From Nanobdellota archaeon (GTDB lineage Archaea; Nanobdellota; Nanobdellia; Woesearchaeales; JAHJEM01), in contig JAHJEM010000070.1 in NCBI GenBank assembly GCA_018825425.1, positions 1-47,288 of the forward strand: DNA of 47,288 bases. The letters are read 5' to 3'. The translations under genes were made by a program, and so were the position numbers. Every line of letters begins with the position of its first letter. Position 1 is the stretch's first letter. The notes below the pieces were generated by a model. That model saw only the letters and a list, made by a program, of their open reading frames with translations, did no database searches and was not told the origin of the DNA. Shown in pieces: positions 28,522 through 36,724 of this stretch.

Positions 28522-28980
28522 TTATTGCATTGGCTGCTGTGGCAAGAGATCGGAATTTGTCAGAAAAGCCTCTTTTTTTATGTCTTCTAGAATGAAAAAC
28601 TCCTTTCTCTCTAGAATTTGGAAGGTTTCAAGTTTTTCTGAAAAGTCATTTAGATCCTGAATATCTCTAAAAATACCTTCAATCATGAAACTATATTCTC
28701 CTGCAAGCCTAAAAACGTTGTTTATACGGTTTTCGTTACTCAGAAAATTCTGCATTTTTTCCTTGTCCGCAGTCTTAATCAGCATGTTTACTCGGACATC
28801 ATAGCCCAATTTTTTGAAATCAAGAAGGGTTGTGTGTTTATGAATCAATTTCTTCTCGAACTCCTTAAGCTTATCATATATTGTGGAGACAGGTATTCTG
28901 GTTTTTCTGGATATTGAGGTTAATGGTGTCCTTGAATTCCTTCGAAAATAACTCATCAATAGTAGTTCTTTCTGATTCAT
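28522..28980 (-). CDS. Lrp/AsnC-like transcriptional regulator
   Basis: 'YFRRNSRTPLTSISRKTRIPVSTIYDKLKEFEKK' HTH plus a RAM-like domain. Confidence 0.6.
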   Translation of the reverse strand: MNQKELLLMSYFRRNSRTPLTSISRKTRIPVSTIYDKLKEFEKKLIHKHTTLLDFKKLGYDVRVNMLIKTADKEKMQNFLSNENRINNVFRLAGEYSFMIEGIFRDIQDLNDFSEKLETFQILERKEFFILEDIKKEAFLTNSDLLPQQPMQ

Positions 28981-29157
28981 TGTATCCCTCCATTTTTCCT
29001 TTATTTTTCGATTTAAACCAAATATATATTCCGGAAGTCTTTCAGATAAATATAAATACTGAGAGAGCTATCACTGAATGGTTCAGGATTCTTCTGAAAC
29101 TGAGTACAATATTTCCGGATTAACTCAGCAAAATTTATAAATAGTTACCCCTTAGCG

Positions 29158-30762
29158 GTGGTTATGCATCGCCTTGAACATAGGATCCTTCTTATATTCA
29201 AGAAAGAGCCGAATAAAGAGTTTTCAACCACTGAAATAGTCAAATCCGTCTTCTCAAAAGAATATGAAGAAATTCGCTATCAGCTTTTGAGCACACAATC
29301 TGACAATGAGACTAAAAGAACTGCCCAGCGCAAAAAGGCAGAATTGCACCGTCGGATTCTATATCATCTGAACAAGCTAGTAAATGATGAGATTCTTGCA
29401 GTGTCTAGAATGAAAGAAAGGGGAGAGAAGCTCTTCCAACTTGGTTTTGAATCTGGAGATTATGTGATAGAGAGAAGAAAACGAAAAGTCATGATATCTA
29501 AGCCCAAAGTTCCTTCGGTCCCAATAGAGACCTATGAGGAAGAAGGGATTGCTAAGAGATTTGACAAGCATACCTGGATTTCCAGGATGAATTCCATAAT
29601 CATTCAAGGTGATAAGTTCAATGATTTAACATCACTTTATACTCTTCTTACAAAGGTTTTTTCCTATGTGAATGACTGTGCAGGCATAAACCAGTTTGAA
29701 ATCCTGCTTCAGAAACAGAATTTTGAGGATATCACTAATTTTATCAATAAAGTCAATATAGATACCCAAGATTTTAATAAGGAAGTGAGTCTTGTTATCG
29801 ATTTTGCAAATGTCAATGATTCAATACGACTCACAGAATTTTTATATTTCTACTGTCATCTGAACCCACAAAAGATTCATCTCATACTGAAGACAGATCC
29901 AAAAGGTATGCAAAAGCACAGAAAAACCTTTGAAACAGCAATCAAACTGTACTCAACAGCTAAAAGAAAGATCAACATCCACAATAACATGGTCCATCAT
30001 GCACCTTATCTAGTGGGTCGTGCAGGAGTGTACACTTTTGAGGATCCTGAATGGGAGAGTTTCAGAAAGCAAAGACCTGATGTGCTGTTTTGTGTTTGTG
30101 GTCAGATATCTGTTATAATAGATGTCCACAGATTCTTTAAACAGTATAATTCTGCGCATGATTTCAGAACATTGGTAATGAAATGTGCTAAGACCTTAAT
30201 GATTGCCAACAGGATTCAGCGACTTAATTCAAACAACTATTTTCTAGATCTTAACAAAGCGGCAGAACCTAGGCCTGAAGATCTTTATCTGCTTGGAAAA
30301 AATTACATCCGTTTATGGAACTACAACTTGGAAGACCCAAGGCAGAAAGAATTGTTCGAGTTGTTACAAAGTTGCAAGCGAAACGTTGATATTTTCTGCA
30401 GGACAGAAGAGACTATCTACAAGAGTTGCGGTATACCTATAAGATTTAGGATTGTACTAAGTAGTGGTTTTAGCAAACACCAAAACCAGGGTTTGAGTCA
30501 AAGAAGATACTTGAAAAGAACCATAAGAAGTATAAAAGATTTTGATGATGAAGAGATAAGTAGAGGATTAGAAGAAAGAGAAAGTTTGCTTTCAACATTC
30601 AGTAAAGCGGATCGTGTCAGATTTTTTAGGGCAGGAGAAGTCAAAGCACCTCGTATAGTCAGTGAATTCATGATGCTTATGAATACTTTTGAACTTCCAT
30701 TCTTCTGCTATGATTTTGCAGAAAGAAAAGGAGAGCTCACGTTGGATCAATTTTTTCCGTAA
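29158..30762 (+). CDS. Hypothetical 534-aa protein with N-terminal winged-helix-like domain
   Basis: 'ILLIFKKEPNKEFSTTEIVKSV...ILYHLNKLVNDEILAV' looks like a wHTH. The remaining ~430 aa show no motif I recognise. The stop is 3 nt before the thyA-like gene. ATG alternative at 29164. Confidence 0.55.
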   Translation: MVMHRLEHRILLIFKKEPNKEFSTTEIVKSVFSKEYEEIRYQLLSTQSDNETKRTAQRKKAELHRRILYHLNKLVNDEILAVSRMKERGEKLFQLGFESGDYVIERRKRKVMISKPKVPSVPIETYEEEGIAKRFDKHTWISRMNSIIIQGDKFNDLTSLYTLLTKVFSYVNDCAGINQFEILLQKQNFEDITNFINKVNIDTQDFNKEVSLVIDFANVNDSIRLTEFLYFYCHLNPQKIHLILKTDPKGMQKHRKTFETAIKLYSTAKRKINIHNNMVHHAPYLVGRAGVYTFEDPEWESFRKQRPDVLFCVCGQISVIIDVHRFFKQYNSAHDFRTLVMKCAKTLMIANRIQRLNSNNYFLDLNKAAEPRPEDLYLLGKNYIRLWNYNLEDPRQKELFELLQSCKRNVDIFCRTEETIYKSCGIPIRFRIVLSSGFSKHQNQGLSQRRYLKRTIRSIKDFDDEEISRGLEERESLLSTFSKADRVRFFRAGEVKAPRIVSEFMMLMNTFELPFFCYDFAERKGELTLDQFFP

Positions 30763-30765
30763 AAA

Positions 30766-31443
30766 ATGGATATCATAAACACCACAACATTCGGAGCATG
30801 GAAGGCTGGACTTAAGGCCATTACAGATCAAGGAAGAGAGTATCTTGACGAAGATGATAAAAGATCATGTGTGGAGCTCACCAATTTTATTGTGACTATC
30901 GAAAATCCATCTGAAGATATTCTTAAGCCAATAGAGTATCTGAATGAATTGAATCTCTGGGTATATCCTCCTATAGACGAATTGACTAGTGTAATTCTAA
31001 CTAAAAGAAAAATACCAACCATCCAGTATACGTATGGATCGCGATTATTTAATTTCCAAAGGAGTATTAATCAGATCCATGATTATGTTATTCCTAAACT
31101 GAAGTCAGATCCTGCATCAAGAAGAGCAATAGCTATGCTCTATGATCCTACCCAAGACTCCAAACTCCATCATAAAGAAATTCCTAGCTTGATTTTCTTA
31201 TTTTTCCAGATACGAGATGAGAAACTGCATGTGACAGGATGCGTGCGAAGCAATGATTTTTTTGTTGGATGGCCAACAAATGTGTTTCAGGTATTCAAGC
31301 TGCAAGAATTGGTAGCCAAGGAATTAGACTTGAAAATCGGGTCATTATCCACGATGAGCAATTCAGCCCATGTTTATAAGGAATATGCAGAATCAATCAA
31401 GAAACTGGTTAATGATAAAATGCCTTTGAATAGTCTTCCCTGA
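30766..31443 (+). CDS. Thymidylate synthase-like protein (short archaeal/methanogen type) with Ser at the nucleophile position
   Basis: By-eye alignment to E. coli ThyA: 'SRRAIAMLYDP' ~ 'SRRIIVSAWN'; 'RSNDFFVGWPTNV' ~ 'RSCDVFLGLPFNI'; 'SAHVYKEY' ~ 'DTHLYSNH'. 'IPSLIFLFFQI' aligns to 'APCHAFFQFYV'. Confidence 0.7.
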   Translation: MDIINTTTFGAWKAGLKAITDQGREYLDEDDKRSCVELTNFIVTIENPSEDILKPIEYLNELNLWVYPPIDELTSVILTKRKIPTIQYTYGSRLFNFQRSINQIHDYVIPKLKSDPASRRAIAMLYDPTQDSKLHHKEIPSLIFLFFQIRDEKLHVTGCVRSNDFFVGWPTNVFQVFKLQELVAKELDLKIGSLSTMSNSAHVYKEYAESIKKLVNDKMPLNSLP

Positions 31444-31490
31444 AAGACTCAAAAATAGTTCTATATACTTGTTATATATAAATGCCAAGC

Positions 31491-31512
31491 ATATACCTTA
31501 TATACCTTATAT
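31491..31512. repeat. 9-bp tandem repeat ATATACCTT x2 plus a partial third copy
   Basis: Copies at 31491-31499 and 31500-31508, partial copy from 31509. Lies upstream of a TATA-like ATTATATAAA (31539-31548). Confidence 0.7.
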
Positions 31513-31571
31513 TTTATAGTGGTATTTTTCTATCGAAAATTATATAAACATACCACTGTCGAGTCTGCAGT

Positions 31572-31778
31572 ATGGCTAAAGACGAAGATATGGACACTGA
31601 TGAGGTCTACAACGGAGAAGGAAGGGAAGAGATGATGAGGAATGACGAGATTAGCCCTGAAGAAGAAGCATTTATGAAGGGTTATGACGAAGACATGGAT
31701 GAAGAGGAAGCCGACTCCGGTGACTTGGCATACGAAGAGTCCTTTGCTGAGAAAACAAAGAAACCAAAGCGTAAGTAA
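31572..31778 (+). CDS. Small highly acidic protein (68 aa)
   Basis: The TATA-like element sits about 28 nt upstream of the ATG (leaderless-type spacing). A hairpin plus T5 follows the stop. Confidence 0.5.
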   Translation: MAKDEDMDTDEVYNGEGREEMMRNDEISPEEEAFMKGYDEDMDEEEADSGDLAYEESFAEKTKKPKRK

Positions 31779-31782
31779 TTAA

Positions 31783-31805
31783 ATATTACGACGTAATATC
31801 TTTTT
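31783..31805 (+). terminator. Hairpin plus T5 terminator
   Basis: ATATTACG-A-CGTAATAT followed by C and TTTTT (31801-31805). Confidence 0.5.
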
Positions 31806-31916
31806 CTATAGGTGTACCCGTCTTGTTCTGATTTGACAATATCTGTCTCAATCACACAAAAGCTTAAATAATCATATATCCAAAAAGAGAATTAATTCAT
31901 ATGTGAGGTGTGAAAT

Positions 31917-32144
31917 ATGGGAAATGTTGGATTTGACAATGCAAGAGTAAATACTGCTACCGTTGTGCAGAGTGGAGATTTTAAGGACTACATTTTGATG
32001 CAGATATCCAAGCATGGAAAACAAGATATGATGGTGCTTGTTGACAAGGAGTCCATTCAATCCTTTATGGACCAACATGGAGATGGGGACAATGCCCTGG
32101 AGAATTGGGTCAAGAGCAAGAAGCTCACTTTAGTATTTAGTTAA
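31917..32144 (+). CDS. Hypothetical small protein (75 aa)
   Basis: GAGGTG SD 7 nt upstream of the ATG. Confidence 0.5.
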   Translation: MGNVGFDNARVNTATVVQSGDFKDYILMQISKHGKQDMMVLVDKESIQSFMDQHGDGDNALENWVKSKKLTLVFS

Positions 32145-32154
32145 TCTTTTTTTT

Positions 32155-32865
32155 TTATTTCTTTGCACTTTTCCACATGTAATCAAAGTAGCTTCTATAA
32201 GCTTGCGCTGCAGCCTTGTTCTCAATGATTATTCCTTCAGGTTCATCTGTCCAGATGATGATGGCAATTTTGTCCCCGTAAATATTGGTCACAGCTGGGC
32301 TTTCCTTGATATCAGGTAAGTGCCTGTACTCTGTGTTTTTAGTATCACTCTCACGTCTTCCTTTTCGAATCAACATATTGGTATTGATGCTGTTCTCTTG
32401 TTTCATACGATCGAATTGGAGGGCAAAATCAGGCATTCTTTCACTAAATTGTCCTTCAGAACCAAAAGTGAAATTTGGCTTACCTGTCTTTATCATGTCG
32501 AGAAGTATGGTCTTGATTCCTCTTGCACCTTTGAAGAGTCGTACTTGGCCCTCTACCCTTCCGACTTTGTGTCTTGCCTGGAGTTCAGGAAGAATTGCTT
32601 TTACATCCTCTTCTTGTTCCCGTAAATATTCCAAGAGTCGTCTTGGCCCACTGGCCTGGAACCATTTGACATTACCAATCAATGCATATGAAACTAATCC
32701 CTTCTCCTGTAATGATTTCAATGCATTGTAGCAAGAGCTCCTATCGATTTTCGCAATCTTTGATATCTGTCCTGCTTTCTTGGATCCATGATCATTCAAG
32801 GTAAGATATACTTTTATCTCGTTCTGGGTAAATCCGAGCTTTTCCAATACTTTTTGAGTGTCCAT
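32155..32865 (-). CDS. trmB: TrmB-family transcriptional regulator
   Basis: 'LEKLGFTQNEIKVYLTLNDHGSKKAGQISKIAKIDRSSCYNALKSLQEKGLVSY' is a TrmB-type wHTH. Confidence 0.8.
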   Translation of the reverse strand: MDTQKVLEKLGFTQNEIKVYLTLNDHGSKKAGQISKIAKIDRSSCYNALKSLQEKGLVSYALIGNVKWFQASGPRRLLEYLREQEEDVKAILPELQARHKVGRVEGQVRLFKGARGIKTILLDMIKTGKPNFTFGSEGQFSERMPDFALQFDRMKQENSINTNMLIRKGRRESDTKNTEYRHLPDIKESPAVTNIYGDKIAIIIWTDEPEGIIIENKAAAQAYRSYFDYMWKSAKK

Positions 32866-32959
32866 TCTGTAGATGCAAATTCAACAACTATTTATATATT
32901 ATTGTTGTAGAGTGTTCTACAACGAGGGTTGATATATTGTCTTGATTCTTCTATAGAAA

Positions 32960-33187
32960 ATGAGTCAAGAAATGGAAGAAGCAATCGATTCAATAATCGC
33001 CGAATGTGCAAAACGACTAGAATATGATTTTCTGAACAGAGACATTTTTCTTAATGGAGATCGTGCAGAGGATAGATTGGCATTACTTAGGCGCGTGCAA
33101 GCATATCGAAGCGAACAAGTGCATACAGATACATCGCCTTGGTATTCGTCGGGAGAAACAATTCCTCTCTGGTATGAACACGGTTAA
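32960..33187 (+). CDS. Hypothetical small protein (75 aa)
   Basis: ORF only; hairpins at 33192-33210 and 33213-33239 follow the stop. Confidence 0.4.
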   Translation: MSQEMEEAIDSIIAECAKRLEYDFLNRDIFLNGDRAEDRLALLRRVQAYRSEQVHTDTSPWYSSGETIPLWYEHG

Positions 33188-33303
33188 CTGTACTTTGTCA
33201 GAAACAAAGTTTCGCTCATATCGAGGTTCGACTTGAGCGTAATTCTGATATGATTTGAGAGTGGTGATAAACCTTTTTATGTATAGTTGTAAAAAAGGCT
33301 AGT

Positions 33304-34254
33304 ATGATACAGATTGTGGAATATAATCCAGGTGAAGACAACCTATTTGAGTCGAGTCTGGATAAGATGGGATTTGAGAATCTCAAGCTTATTACCTGTA
33401 TCCATCCATCTCCACAAGATTTCAAACAGCTCTCAGAGCAACTCAAGCTACCTAGCACGACATTGCATCAGGCAGCAGATGATCATGAGAGGCCAAGAAT
33501 TTATGATATGGACAATTATACCCAGATGATATTCAAGTCGCCTTCAAAAAAGAACGAGAAGTTGAGGGTGTATAGCTTTGCAGTCTTTCTCTCTGAGAAT
33601 CTTCTTCTGATTTTATCACGACATGATATTCAGGGGCTCCATGAATTGGTGTCTCTTGATCCTGAGGTGCTCAAGCCATATTTTCGGCAAGGGACCACAA
33701 ATTTGCTCTATGAGCTGCTAGAAAAAGTCATGGATGATTACTTCAAGTATCATGAGGATCTTGGAAACAGTATCAATTACATTGAGGACCAGATGGTTGA
33801 TAGTTCCAAACCAAAGAATCTTCACGGAGTGTTTAAGCTCAAGACTTCATTGATCTACTTCAACAAAGCATTATCTGTCAATAGGGATGTTATTATTGCC
33901 CTGGAAAAGGGATTGGCAAAACACGCAAATCCAGAAATCATTCCCAAATTTAGGTTGGTTTACAATGATATTCTTCAGCTAATAGATGTGACTGGAACAG
34001 ATAGAGAGATAGTTACAGGAGCAATTGAGATATATATGACTTCTGTATCGAATAGCCTGAACATCTCCATGAAAAAGATGTCTGCATGGGCATCACTTAT
34101 ATTGTTGCCGACATTTATCACAGGTCTGTATGGTATGAACTTCAGATTCATGCCAGAAATAATGTGGAAGTATGGTTATGTCTGGTCACTTGGATTAATG
34201 GTTCTCTCTGTAGTTGGACTGTATCTGATTTTCAAGAAGAATAAGTATTTGTGA
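33304..34254 (+). CDS. corA: CorA-family Mg2+/Co2+ transporter
   Basis: 'YGMNF' GMN signature between two C-terminal TM helices; typical length. Confidence 0.9.
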   Translation: MIQIVEYNPGEDNLFESSLDKMGFENLKLITCIHPSPQDFKQLSEQLKLPSTTLHQAADDHERPRIYDMDNYTQMIFKSPSKKNEKLRVYSFAVFLSENLLLILSRHDIQGLHELVSLDPEVLKPYFRQGTTNLLYELLEKVMDDYFKYHEDLGNSINYIEDQMVDSSKPKNLHGVFKLKTSLIYFNKALSVNRDVIIALEKGLAKHANPEIIPKFRLVYNDILQLIDVTGTDREIVTGAIEIYMTSVSNSLNISMKKMSAWASLILLPTFITGLYGMNFRFMPEIMWKYGYVWSLGLMVLSVVGLYLIFKKNKYL

Positions 34255-34270
34255 TACTCTTTAGTTATTC

Positions 34271-35368
34271 TCAGCGTATATGCAACTCAACTATATCTTT
34301 GTCCTTAAACGCATGCTTCAAGGTTGTCAGTCTCTGTCCTGGGAATTTTGCGCTTGGGCCCCATATCCTTACAAACTTGAACTTGTCTACAAAATCGCGG
34401 TGGAGCTTGTTGCAAAGATCATAGGTTGTACTGTCCCTGAACATGATCATGGGTTCTTTCATGTCTGCAGGTTTTCTTGGTTCTTTCATGTATAATCTTA
34501 TGAAATTCAATTTCTCAAAGATAAGTTCTCTAAGCTCATCGAGATGATCAGCATTCTTGGCACTGATAGAAATATCAATAGGAATTTTACTCTTGATCTT
34601 GTCTGCTTCTTCTTTTGAGATCATGTCAATCTTGTTGAGCACAGTGATTGCAGGCAGGTATTTTTTGTTGTCTTCTATGCAATCAATAAGTTGATCGTCT
34701 GTTATAGTCTCGCGAATTAAGACATTTGCATTATTGATTCGGAAGGTCTTAAGTATGGTCTTAATCGTCTCATCATCAAGCATTGGAAGTCTGCAGGTCT
34801 TTCCAATATTGATTCCGTCTTTTGCAGTCTTTGTGATTCGAACATGTGGTCTGTGCTCGTTCAGACGGATTCCTGATTCATTTACTTCTTTCATCAATGT
34901 ATCATACTGTCCAGGAGATGAAGCATCGATTATTACTAGCGCCAGATCTGCATTTCTCATAACTGCCAAGACCTCTTTTCCTCTTCCTCTTCCAGAAGCC
35001 GCACCCCTTACTACTCCTGGGACATCAAGCACTTGTATCTTGGCAAACTTGTATTCCATGAGTCCAGGAATACATTTAAGCGTGGTAAAATCATATGCGC
35101 CTATCTCGCTGTTAGCATTTGTAATTGCGTTCAAGAGTGTGCTCTTTCCTACACTTGGAAAACCGAGAAGCAGAACAGTTCCATCTCCTGTTTTACGGAC
35201 AGCATATCCTTCAGTCTTGCCCTTACCTTTTCCCCTTGATTCTTCCTTCTCTTTGAGTTTAGCAAGTTGAGCTTTGTACAGGCCAATAGCGTGCTGTGTA
35301 CTCTTATTATATTTTGTATTACTAATAAGGTTCTCAAGCTCCTTAATCTTGTCTTCATAGCTAGGCAT
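34271..35368 (-). CDS. OBG/DRG-family GTPase with C-terminal TGS domain
   Basis: G1 'GFPSVGKSTLLN', G3 'DVPG', G4 'NKID'. TGS-like C-terminus ends in 'KDKDIVELHIR'. Confidence 0.85.
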   Translation of the reverse strand: MPSYEDKIKELENLISNTKYNKSTQHAIGLYKAQLAKLKEKEESRGKGKGKTEGYAVRKTGDGTVLLLGFPSVGKSTLLNAITNANSEIGAYDFTTLKCIPGLMEYKFAKIQVLDVPGVVRGAASGRGRGKEVLAVMRNADLALVIIDASSPGQYDTLMKEVNESGIRLNEHRPHVRITKTAKDGINIGKTCRLPMLDDETIKTILKTFRINNANVLIRETITDDQLIDCIEDNKKYLPAITVLNKIDMISKEEADKIKSKIPIDISISAKNADHLDELRELIFEKLNFIRLYMKEPRKPADMKEPMIMFRDSTTYDLCNKLHRDFVDKFKFVRIWGPSAKFPGQRLTTLKHAFKDKDIVELHIR

Positions 35369-35453
35369 ACATACAACAAAATCGCGCGGTTTTTTAAATT
35401 TGCTTCTTTAAAACCAAAAATGTTAATAAACTCATTCCAAAATAGTAGATATT

Positions 35454-35660
35454 ATGATAAAAGACACAAGCTATATGGAAAAAGCAAGGGCTGCGTATTC
35501 TATCCTTGACTATATTATACGTAATGATTTCAGTGAGATGCTAGGCACTCCCCATGCAGAGAAGTACAAGAGTGTTCGGGAAAGAATTGCGCAGGCAAAA
35601 CAGGATCTTCAAGACGCAGAAAATACGTTGGTGTGCCTTGAACAAGAATCTAGAGCATAA
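35454..35660 (+). CDS. Hypothetical small protein (68 aa)
   Basis: ORF only. Confidence 0.35.
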   Translation: MIKDTSYMEKARAAYSILDYIIRNDFSEMLGTPHAEKYKSVRERIAQAKQDLQDAENTLVCLEQESRA

Positions 35661-35776
35661 CAAACCTGGAGCAGAACAGAACTATATTACAGCGGATGAT
35701 TATTAGAATTTGCATAAGTCTGGTGTATGGATGTCCTACAGTAAAGTATATAATATAAGACAAATTCCCAATTCTC

Positions 35777-36037
35777 ATGTGGATTGAACCATTAGCAGCA
35801 AAACTCATTACATTGATTCTTATTGGGATATTTGTAATTATCATGTTTACAATATTCAAGAAGGTGCTAAAACTCATCCTCAACGCCATAATTGGCCTTG
35901 TAGCTTTGTTCGCGTTCAATGCAGTCTTTGGAACAGATGTTGCCGTCAACTTTTGGAGCGTGGTGATAACTGCACTTGGGGGTATTGTTGGATTCATTGT
36001 TGTTATTGTGCTGCATTTCTTAGGTGTTGCTTTCTAA
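35777..36037 (+). CDS. Small membrane protein, BofA-like
   Basis: Two or three TM helices. 'ILNAIIGLVALFAFNAV...ALGGIVGF' resembles the BofA family pattern. Confidence 0.45.
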   Translation: MWIEPLAAKLITLILIGIFVIIMFTIFKKVLKLILNAIIGLVALFAFNAVFGTDVAVNFWSVVITALGGIVGFIVVIVLHFLGVAF

Positions 36038-36138
36038 TTCGCGGGCACTGGTCATTTTCTAATAGGATAATTCAATGCGCAGATGTTCTGTAAGTGGGGT
36101 TTTACCTACTAAATAGCACTGGACATGTGCGCGCCGGG

Positions 36139-36146
36139 TTTATATA
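36139..36146 (+). promoter_or_regulatory. Canonical TATA box (TTTATATA) for the small-ORF cassette
   Basis: Exact archaeal consensus, preceded by GC-rich GCGCGCCGGG. Direct repeats GCACTGG(T/A)CAT at 36045-36055 and 36116-36126 lie upstream. Confidence 0.45.
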
Positions 36147-36243
36147 CTCTTCAATCCCAATAACAATTATCCCCCTGCGAGGCAATGAGAATCCAAGTCC
36201 TGGATTTTCAGCCTCAACATGTGGGAAACCACGAGGTGAAAAA

Positions 36244-36360
36244 ATGACGACAGAATATATCGAAAGGATTTTTCAGGAAAAAATGATGGAAATGACTAGA
36301 AGGACAATTGCAGAATTTGACAAGCAATTTACAAAACCTGTTGCAGACAGGCTATTTTGA
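36244..36360 (+). CDS. Small ORF A (38 aa)
   Basis: GAGGTGA SD (36233-36239) ends 4 nt before the ATG. Predicted helical peptide MTTEYIERIFQEKMMEMTRRTIAEFDKQFTKPVADRLF. The stop TGA is immediately followed by the SD of ORF B. Confidence 0.4.
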   Translation: MTTEYIERIFQEKMMEMTRRTIAEFDKQFTKPVADRLF

Positions 36361-36369
36361 GGTGATAAT

Positions 36370-36489
36370 ATGATTGCAGTAAATGATACCCATTATGCCC
36401 AGCACATAGCACACACTTTGCAAGAACACGCTTGCATACTTCCTGATGAGGTAGCTGAAATAGTTGAATATATTACGTTCTCTTCGTAA
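36370..36489 (+). CDS. Small ORF B (39 aa)
   Basis: GGTGAT SD (36361-36366) before the ATG at 36370. Peptide MIAVNDTHYAQHIAHTLQEHACILPDEVAEIVEYITFSS. A terminator hairpin follows. Confidence 0.4.
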   Translation: MIAVNDTHYAQHIAHTLQEHACILPDEVAEIVEYITFSS

Positions 36490-36510
36490 ACTGTGTTTTC
36501 TAGCCCCACC

Positions 36511-36541
36511 GCAGCACTTAGGTGCTGCAGCTTTTTCTTTT
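36511..36541 (+). terminator. GC-rich hairpin plus T-rich tail
   Basis: GCAGCAC-TTAG-GTGCTGC followed by AGCTTTTTCTTTT. Confidence 0.55.
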
Positions 36542-36622
36542 AAGTCTGAGAAGTGGTTTTTTTCATTGAATTCATGTATGCAGATGTATACATGTGTATG
36601 CAAGATAAGGGGTGGTTTTTGT

Positions 36623-36724
36623 ATGAGATTCGTGAAATTGGGAGTAATATTAGCAATAACTGCGCTAAAGCGCGGGCAGACCGGCCTTGCGGCCGGAACA
36701 GGGCTGATCCAAAGGATCAGTTGA
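36623..36724 (+). CDS. Possible small hydrophobic peptide (33 aa); doubtful
   Basis: GGGGTG lies 9 nt upstream of the ATG. Peptide MRFVKLGVILAITALKRGQTGLAAGTGLIQRIS. The 3' two-thirds coincide with the GC-rich hairpins, which may be the real feature. Confidence 0.2.
   Translation: MRFVKLGVILAITALKRGQTGLAAGTGLIQRIS

Noticed and set aside
32285-32731. 148-aa plus-strand ORF opposite trmB
   Set aside because: It is antisense to a clear TrmB-family gene and has a Ser/Leu-rich shadow translation.
33192-33239. Mg2+-sensing leader for corA (hairpins ACTTTGT-CAGAA-ACAAAGT and CGCTCA..TGAGCG)
   Set aside because: The likely corA TATA-like sequence lies downstream of these hairpins. They are therefore more simply terminator structures for the upstream small ORF, and no M-box-like features were seen.
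36444-36458. Box C/D sRNA signal (TGATGA at 36444-36449 followed by CTGA at 36455-36458)
   Set aside because: The boxes are only 5 nt apart, too short for a guide, and they lie inside small ORF B. Probably chance.
36094-36724. Longer track ORFs in the small-ORF region (36094-36360 plus, 36352-36603 minus, 36464-36724 plus)
   Set aside because: The extensions run through the promoter or terminator, start at non-ATG codons without an SD, and have implausible sequences. Only the SD-led short versions were kept, at low confidence.
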